Shown here piece after piece: positions 58,492 through 64,000 of a stretch of DNA of 64,000 nucleotides. Source of the stretch: Treponema sp. (GTDB lineage Bacteria > Spirochaetota > Spirochaetia > Treponematales > Treponemataceae); assembly GCA_024698325.1 (NCBI GenBank), contig JAILRG010000042.1, positions 5,497-69,496 on the forward strand, written 5' to 3'. The position numbers were made by a program, and so were the translations under genes. Position 1 is the stretch's first letter; each line of letters opens with the position of its first letter. The notes under the pieces are model-generated. The model was not told the origin of the DNA and ran no database searches. It was given only the letters and a program-made list of their open reading frames with translations.

Positions 58492-59460
58492 ATGAAAAAG
58501 ATTTTTGCATATATAGCAATCGCCGCGCTTGCACTTGCAGGCGCCAGCGCAAAAGACAGCGTGGTCGCACTCCGTTCAGGCGCCGCGCTCTATGAGACAA
58601 AAGATGCTCAGACCGTAAAGTATGCGACGGATATCACCGCAGGCACCCTGCTTGACGCCCGCAGCTCTGACACGGTTATCAAGAATCTGTATACCAAGGC
58701 TACGACCTATGAAAATGTGAAGTTCTACGCCGTCAGCTATAACAAGAAGGAGTATTTTATTCAGATTCGCGACAGCGCAGTTGTAAACAGCGCTGACAAT
58801 GTTGCTGTCGTTGCGGAGAACTCCGTGCTTTTTACCAAGCCCCACTATGCAACCTTCCGCAATGCATGGCTTGAGCCGGGCACGATTGTCGCTTGTGATA
58901 ACAACACCTACTCTGAGTGGACAGAAATCACCTTCTACGACACTGATGACGGCGTTCGCCGCACCCGCTATGTGTTAGATTCTACGCTGGCTACCAAGGC
59001 AAACGACGTAAAGGCAATCCAGCTGCTTGAAAAAGCCCGCGCCCTCAAGGATGAGGGATTAAAAAAGGACTTCCTTGACAACGCCGTAAAGGCAACTTCA
59101 GCCGGCAGCGAAAAGATTGCAATGTATGTGAAAGCCGAGGTGAATGCAATTCTGGGCATTAACGTGGCAGAAGATGAGCCGGGTAGCCTCTTTAGCGATG
59201 ACGACATCGTGCAGGTTGATCCATTCCCCGCTCATATTTCCACAGCGGACGGCTCAAAAGTGAACCTGCGCTCAGCTCCCGGTACGGCAGGCGAAAGAAT
59301 TGGTCAGCTTGAAAACGGTACAGCCGTTACTTGCAGCCTGAAGACTGAATCAAAAGAAACAATTGAAGGTATCAATGCCGAATGGATCTATGTCACCGCC
59401 GAGCTTGGCGGAGACATCTTTGAAGGATGGGTCTTCGGCGGTTACCTGGACGAGCGGTAA
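58492..59460 (+). CDS. exported SH3b-domain protein
   Basis: Signal peptide; C-terminal VNLRSAPG...EWIYV...GWVFGGYL. Confidence 0.85.
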   Translation: MKKIFAYIAIAALALAGASAKDSVVALRSGAALYETKDAQTVKYATDITAGTLLDARSSDTVIKNLYTKATTYENVKFYAVSYNKKEYFIQIRDSAVVNSADNVAVVAENSVLFTKPHYATFRNAWLEPGTIVACDNNTYSEWTEITFYDTDDGVRRTRYVLDSTLATKANDVKAIQLLEKARALKDEGLKKDFLDNAVKATSAGSEKIAMYVKAEVNAILGINVAEDEPGSLFSDDDIVQVDPFPAHISTADGSKVNLRSAPGTAGERIGQLENGTAVTCSLKTESKETIEGINAEWIYVTAELGGDIFEGWVFGGYLDER

Positions 59461-59559
59461 TGCCGGTCGGCGTTGCCGACCTTCCCGAGTTTGCGGTATT
59501 TGCTACGCGAAAACCGCAAACTCGCGCACTTCGCCGATAGGCGAATGTGCGCGAGCGGC
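59461..59559. repeat. multi-hairpin palindromic element
   Basis: tgccg...cggca encloses three hairpins, including cgagtttgcggt...accgcaaactcg. Confidence 0.65.
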
Positions 59560-59580
59560 ACTATGCTGTACAGAAAGCCC

Positions 59581-59701
59581 GGAATCGCCTACATAATCTG
59601 CAATATCCTGAATGCTTCGTCCATACGGCGGACTCCTGCTTAATAATATGTTGGTGCATACTATCACTAATGAACAGGGGTGACAAAACAGGTGTAAAGA
59701 C
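59581..59701 (-). pseudogene. second, internally deleted copy of the nadA promoter and 5' end
   Basis: 59611-59701 matches 49447-49538 and 59581-59618 matches 49341-49378; the two pieces are joined at atgcttc. Confidence 0.88.
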
Positions 59702-59710
59702 TTTTAACTG

Positions 59711-60193
59711 TTAAAAAAACGTAACCTTGCCGTTTAAACGGTCGTCTACAATAAGCTGTGCGCGGCGGACTTCGGCGATTTCACCACCTTTCCAGGGACG
59801 GCGGTAGGTGAATGTAAGGCCGGTGCTTCCGGGCTGCTTACAGGTAAAGACAAAATGTTCATAACCGCCGGCGCCCGCGATTTTTTCGGAAGCAGCGTTT
59901 CCTTTGTAAACGATGTCCTCGAGTTCTGCAACGGCAGGATTTGCGATTTCGCAGGCCCAGGAAAAACCTGTAGACGGATTCGACTCAAGCGAAATGATGC
60001 ACTGCGCCGCTTTTGCTGTCGGCGCAGTTTGGCCGGGAGCAGGCTTTTTTGTTCCCGGCGCGGCGGGCGACGTACGCTCTGCCGCTGCAGGCTCTTTTGA
60101 AGGCTCTTTGGTGCTTACACAGCCGGAAACAAGACAGGCAACAGCACACAGTAAAACCGCAATTTTTACAGAAGCAAAAAACTCTCTTTTCAT
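59711..60193 (-). CDS. protease inhibitor I42 (chagasin) family lipoprotein
   Basis: Lipobox VSGC; NPSTGFSW, GAGG and YRRPW loops. Confidence 0.88.
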   Translation of the reverse strand: MKREFFASVKIAVLLCAVACLVSGCVSTKEPSKEPAAAERTSPAAPGTKKPAPGQTAPTAKAAQCIISLESNPSTGFSWACEIANPAVAELEDIVYKGNAASEKIAGAGGYEHFVFTCKQPGSTGLTFTYRRPWKGGEIAEVRRAQLIVDDRLNGKVTFF

Positions 60194-60272
60194 ATCAGCT
60201 AGACCATAGCACAGAATATTGATGTAAACAAGCTGAAGACAGAAAGCACAGCTTCAAAACGGCAGGAACCGG

Positions 60273-60410
60273 CTAGTGTTTCCTTTTAACCGGAATCCAG
60301 ATGGCGCTGTGGTAGTCCGGCGCGGACATGTCGCCTTCCGCATCGTACCATTCTATGCTGGCGTTTCCTGAAAACTCGTAGTCCGGGTTACCGGGAAGCC
60401 AGTCCTTAAT
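60273..60410 (-). pseudogene. C-terminal fragment of an AraC/GyrI-like effector-binding regulator
   Basis: Minus strand reads KDWLPGNPDYEFSGNASIEWYDAEGDMSAPDYHSAIWIPVKRKH*, with no upstream gene body. Confidence 0.65.
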
Positions 60411-60521
60411 AAGATTAGGCAATCTGTGAAAAGTGTGCGTATCGTAGCAGATTTGCAGGTTTTACGTAAGGGGGAGCGGCAGATTGTCTGCGCACCGCCA
60501 CATCCCCGTAAAGCGAAAGCT

Positions 60522-60820
60522 TTATTCTGCTTCCAGCAAATTAATCACGTCAGAGCTTTGTCTTTCCTTGTAAAAATTTATTTTATTGTAGCTCCAAACC
60601 CCATTTTCTTTTACGGCGTCCACATACACAACGGAAATGCCGTTAACGCCCTTAATTTTATAAGAGAAAGTAGCCTTACCGGAATCTCCGCTTGTGTTTA
60701 AAGAACCGCTCATCATGCCAGTTTGCTTATAACCGTCGCCCAGATATTCTCTGACAGCTGCATTATTTTCAATCAACTCGATTGAATGCTTGTACGGAAT
60801 GCAATTCTTAAAAGCGCCGC
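60522..60820 (-). pseudogene. Coa1-family-like protein, probably 5'-truncated
   Basis: PYKHSIELIENNAAVREYLG...SGKATFSYKIKG...AVKENGVWSY; the expected N-terminal TM segment is missing. Confidence 0.5.
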
Positions 60821-60917
60821 CGCTGTGTTTTTCACACGAGGTTCTTATCCGTTTGTCCGATTTTTGGAACACTGGACAGACAGACTGTTTTATTTCAGAA
60901 TGGGCTTGAGGCAGAAT

Positions 60918-62252
60918 ATGAAGAAGATTGATTTTTCAAGTTCTACGGTGAAGGTGGCGCTGATTTTTGCGCTGGTTCTGTTGTTTCTGATTCCAATCAG
61001 CTTGATTAAGAGCTTGATTTACGACCGCAAGTCCTACCAGCGGGAGGCGATTGCTTCGATTACGGAGCCGCTTGGCGGACAGCCGGAAATTCAGGGAATG
61101 GTTATTGCCGTTCCGTATTTGCATCATGAGAAAATAGTGAACTCCAAGGGCGAAACCCACATCGAAACGGAGACGCGCTACACGATTTTTGCGCCGGATG
61201 AGTATCAGGCGAATTTTTCGGTTGCGCCATATTATCTGACGCGCGGGATTTTCAAGGTTCCGGTGTTTAACGGGACGATTGACTTGAAGGCGAGTTTCGG
61301 CAATTTTGACTATTCGTTTTTCAACATTGCGGCAAAGGATGTGCTTGAAAAGGACGCCGTTCTGATTCTGGGCTTTTCGAACACGAAAAACCTGACTTCA
61401 CAACCGAAGCTGAACATCAACGGAACGGATCTTTCGCTTTCGCCCATCAAGTACGATTCGATTTCTCCGTTTGAAGCTTCCGTGTATTACCAGCTTACAG
61501 ATATTTCTGTAGGAAAAAAGCTCTCGCTTACAGGCACGATTGAATTCCAGGGTGGCGAAAACATCAAAATCCGGCCGATTGCTTCGGACAATGTGATTAC
61601 GATGGAGTCTCTCTGGCCGTCTCCAAGTTTTTCCGGCGGCTGGCTTCCCAAAGAGCGCGATGTTTCCGAGAACGGCTTTACGGCGTCCTGGAGCATTGCG
61701 GGGTTGAGCACGGTCTACCCGAAGAGCTGGCTTGCAGAAAAGGAATTCTATCCGGAGTCGCTGACAGTTTCGTTCATCGAGCCAGTGAATGCCTACAAGA
61801 AAACTGAGCGAAGTGTAAAATACGCACTGCTTTTCCTGATTATTCCGTTTATCGCGCTGTTGATTTCGGAAATTTTCTCGAAGATTAAGATTCACCCGAT
61901 TCAGTACTGTCTGATTGGCTTTGCGGACGTCATTTTCTACCTGCTGCTGCTTTCGATTTCGGAGCACATTTCGTTTGATTTGACCTACCTGATCTGTGCC
62001 GTGTGCGTCAGCCTGTCGACACTGTTCTACGCGGCGGCCATTTTCCGAAAGCTCAAATGGGGCGGTCTTCTGAGCGGCGTGCAGTTTATTTCCTACATTT
62101 TCCTGTACGGTACGCTGCAGGCGGAAGACTACGCGCTTCTGATAGGCAGCATCGGCCTGTTCATCGTGGTGGTTCTGCTGATGTTCATCACGCGAAAGAT
62201 TGACTGGTACGAGTTGAGCCAGAGCGTAGAGCAGGAAAAAAGCGGGCTGTAG
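60918..62252 (+). CDS. creD: inner membrane protein CreD
   Basis: RGIFKVPVF, WPSPSFSGGWLP, ERSVKYA, HPIQY, LLLSISEH and TRKIDWY motifs. Confidence 0.9.
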   Translation: MKKIDFSSSTVKVALIFALVLLFLIPISLIKSLIYDRKSYQREAIASITEPLGGQPEIQGMVIAVPYLHHEKIVNSKGETHIETETRYTIFAPDEYQANFSVAPYYLTRGIFKVPVFNGTIDLKASFGNFDYSFFNIAAKDVLEKDAVLILGFSNTKNLTSQPKLNINGTDLSLSPIKYDSISPFEASVYYQLTDISVGKKLSLTGTIEFQGGENIKIRPIASDNVITMESLWPSPSFSGGWLPKERDVSENGFTASWSIAGLSTVYPKSWLAEKEFYPESLTVSFIEPVNAYKKTERSVKYALLFLIIPFIALLISEIFSKIKIHPIQYCLIGFADVIFYLLLLSISEHISFDLTYLICAVCVSLSTLFYAAAIFRKLKWGGLLSGVQFISYIFLYGTLQAEDYALLIGSIGLFIVVVLLMFITRKIDWYELSQSVEQEKSGL

Positions 62253-62443
62253 ACGCGTCAGGCACTGGAAGGGGCGGACTGAAAGGACGCCGTGTGCGGC
62301 AGGAACCTGGCGCGCACCGACCGTAGGGGAGCCTGGAAGCGCCGACCCGGAAGCTGCCGGGCCGCGAAGCGGAACGGCTGCTGGAGGGGGACGCCCATAT
62401 GAATAAGCTGCTTACAGTCAGACTTCCCCGGCTACAGTTCTTT

Positions 62444-62725
62444 TCACCTGTCGTGCAGCACAAAGAGCCTGATGCCTTCCGCCGGGAACTTTTCTTTTAA
62501 GTAGTCCACAACTGTGCGGATGGCGCTTTCTTTTTCGTCATCGCAGTAGGCAATCAGGATGATGTTCGTCTCGGGCCAGGTGGTGGTGCCGAGTTTGTAG
62601 GACTCTCCGCCACGGCCATGGGCGAGCGGCACGATGCTGTAGAGGAAGCCCGGAATTGCCGCTTCCAGATTGTTTATAAGCATGTCCTGCATGGACTGGT
62701 TTGCAAAGATTTCTGCCCTAATCAT
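62444..62725 (-). CDS. PG0541-family transporter-associated small protein (P-II-like)
   Basis: HGRG...LGTTTWPETN; translationally coupled to the RND gene. Confidence 0.75.
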   Translation of the reverse strand: MIRAEIFANQSMQDMLINNLEAAIPGFLYSIVPLAHGRGGESYKLGTTTWPETNIILIAYCDDEKESAIRTVVDYLKEKFPAEGIRLFVLHDR

Positions 62726-64000
62726 GAGTTACCTCCATTTGAATCTGTTTTTTCGTTAATTCCGTCCGCATTTTTCCTTTCGCTTGCAGCGGCAAGGCGC
62801 TTTGTCAGTTCTGCATCCATTACAAACTGTTTCTTCGTTTTTTTCTGGTTAAAGAGCGAGTAAATTACCGGAATGATGAAGAGCGTTACAATTGTACTGC
62901 TCGTCAATCCGCCGATAACGCAGAGGCCGATCGGCTGGGTCATGCTGGAGTTTGCGTCTCCAAAGAATGCCATCGGTACCATGCCAAGCAGCGTAGAAAG
63001 CGTGGTCATCATGACCGGGCGGAAGCGGCTTGCTCCGGCGGTCTCGCATGCTTCTAAAAGCGGAACTCCGCGGTGCACCAGCAGGTTCGTCTGGTCTACG
63101 AGGATGATGCCGTTATTGACGACGATACCAATCAGCATGACCACGCCAATCATACTGACCATGCTGAATGAATTCCCTGTCAGCAGGTGAATCAGCACGG
63201 CACCGACAATTAAGAACGGCAGCGTAAACAGGTTGATGAACGGCTCCTTAAAGCTTTCGTAGGTGCCCGCCATAACGCCGAACACCAGGATGATTGCAAG
63301 CACGATAATCAGTACGAAGACTTTCATCATGTCCATCGTGTTGCCCCAGGCACCGTCGTAGGTAATGCTGATGCCGTCGGGAATAATCATGTCATCGCTT
63401 ACAATCTGCTTAATCTGGTTTTCCACATCACCAGCGCTGGCCGTACCGCTGATGCTTGCCGTTAAGTGCACGGTGCGCAGCTTGTTTTCCCGGCTGATGG
63501 AGACAGGGCCGGTTCCGCGAACGACTTCGGCAAAGTTTGCCACGCTGTAACGGCCGCCCGTGCCTTCCACATAGATTTTTTCCAAATCAGGAATGTCCTC
63601 GCGGTCGCGGTCTTCGAGCAGGAGCACCACAGAGTATTCGTCGCCGTTTGCGCGGTAGGTGGTGGCAGTCTTTCCGTTAATCGAATAGTTGATTTCGTTC
63701 GCGATGGAGCTGACCGATATTCCAAAGCTTGAGGCACGGTCGCGGTCGATTTTTACTTCTACCTGCGGAAGTCCGTCTTCAAGGTCGATTTCCGGCTCTG
63801 CAATTTCCGGGATTTTTTCGGTCATCAGGCTTTCAAGTTCTTTCGCCGTTGCAAGGATGGCGTCCAAATCTGAGCCGTGGAAGACAACATCGATGTCGTC
63901 ACCGCTCATCTGCTTCATGCGTCCCTGGTCAAAGGTAAAGGTGGCCGTGGGGAAGTCCCCGAAATGACGGCGCAGCTTTGCCTGTACGGTGGCGGCATTG
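62722..64000 (-). CDS. RND efflux transporter permease (AcrB-like), 3' part
   Basis: YESFKEPF, GIVVNNGIILVD, RFRPVMMTT and GGLTSST motifs; continues past the window end. Confidence 0.92.
   Translation of the reverse strand, partial: NAATVQAKLRRHFGDFPTATFTFDQGRMKQMSGDDIDVVFHGSDLDAILATAKELESLMTEKIPEIAEPEIDLEDGLPQVEVKIDRDRASSFGISVSSIANEINYSINGKTATTYRANGDEYSVVLLLEDRDREDIPDLEKIYVEGTGGRYSVANFAEVVRGTGPVSISRENKLRTVHLTASISGTASAGDVENQIKQIVSDDMIIPDGISITYDGAWGNTMDMMKVFVLIIVLAIILVFGVMAGTYESFKEPFINLFTLPFLIVGAVLIHLLTGNSFSMVSMIGVVMLIGIVVNNGIILVDQTNLLVHRGVPLLEACETAGASRFRPVMMTTLSTLLGMVPMAFFGDANSSMTQPIGLCVIGGLTSSTIVTLFIIPVIYSLFNQKKTKKQFVMDAELTKRLAAASERKNADGINEKTDSNGGNS

Noticed and set aside
59461-59559. tRNA gene
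   Set aside because: Cloverleaf-like, but lacks the T-loop (TTCRA), D-loop and a 7-nt anticodon loop.

Overview
Chromosomal window most consistent with a gut or rumen Treponema-like spirochaete (inferred from gene content). It contains: housekeeping genes (proS 3' end, glpK, rsmG, rsmE, a TrmH-family methyltransferase, a TIGR01212 radical SAM protein); a dispersed pectin/galacturonate pathway (sugar ABC importer, uxaB, two kdgK-like kinases, cytoplasmic CE8 and GH28 enzymes, a 1071-aa regulator with a degenerate kinase core); an amide/urea-type island (two carbon-nitrogen hydrolases, an orphan response regulator, a Urt-like ABC transporter); nadABC-niaR; an alpha-2-macroglobulin/pbpC block; and an RND pump 3' end. 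No rRNA, tRNA, CRISPR, transposase or integrase was seen. The least explained signals are mostly non-coding or structural: a ~407-bp MITE-like element with terminal inverted repeats, a target-site duplication and two large folded domains (22237-22644); a hairpin family with fixed loop and covarying stems; two gene blocks bracketed by duplicated promoter fragments; a DnaA-box cluster over a 5' UTR; several collapsed gene remnants; and a tandem metalloprotease pair with swapped domain order. All calls are by eye from motifs; no database search or folding program was run.
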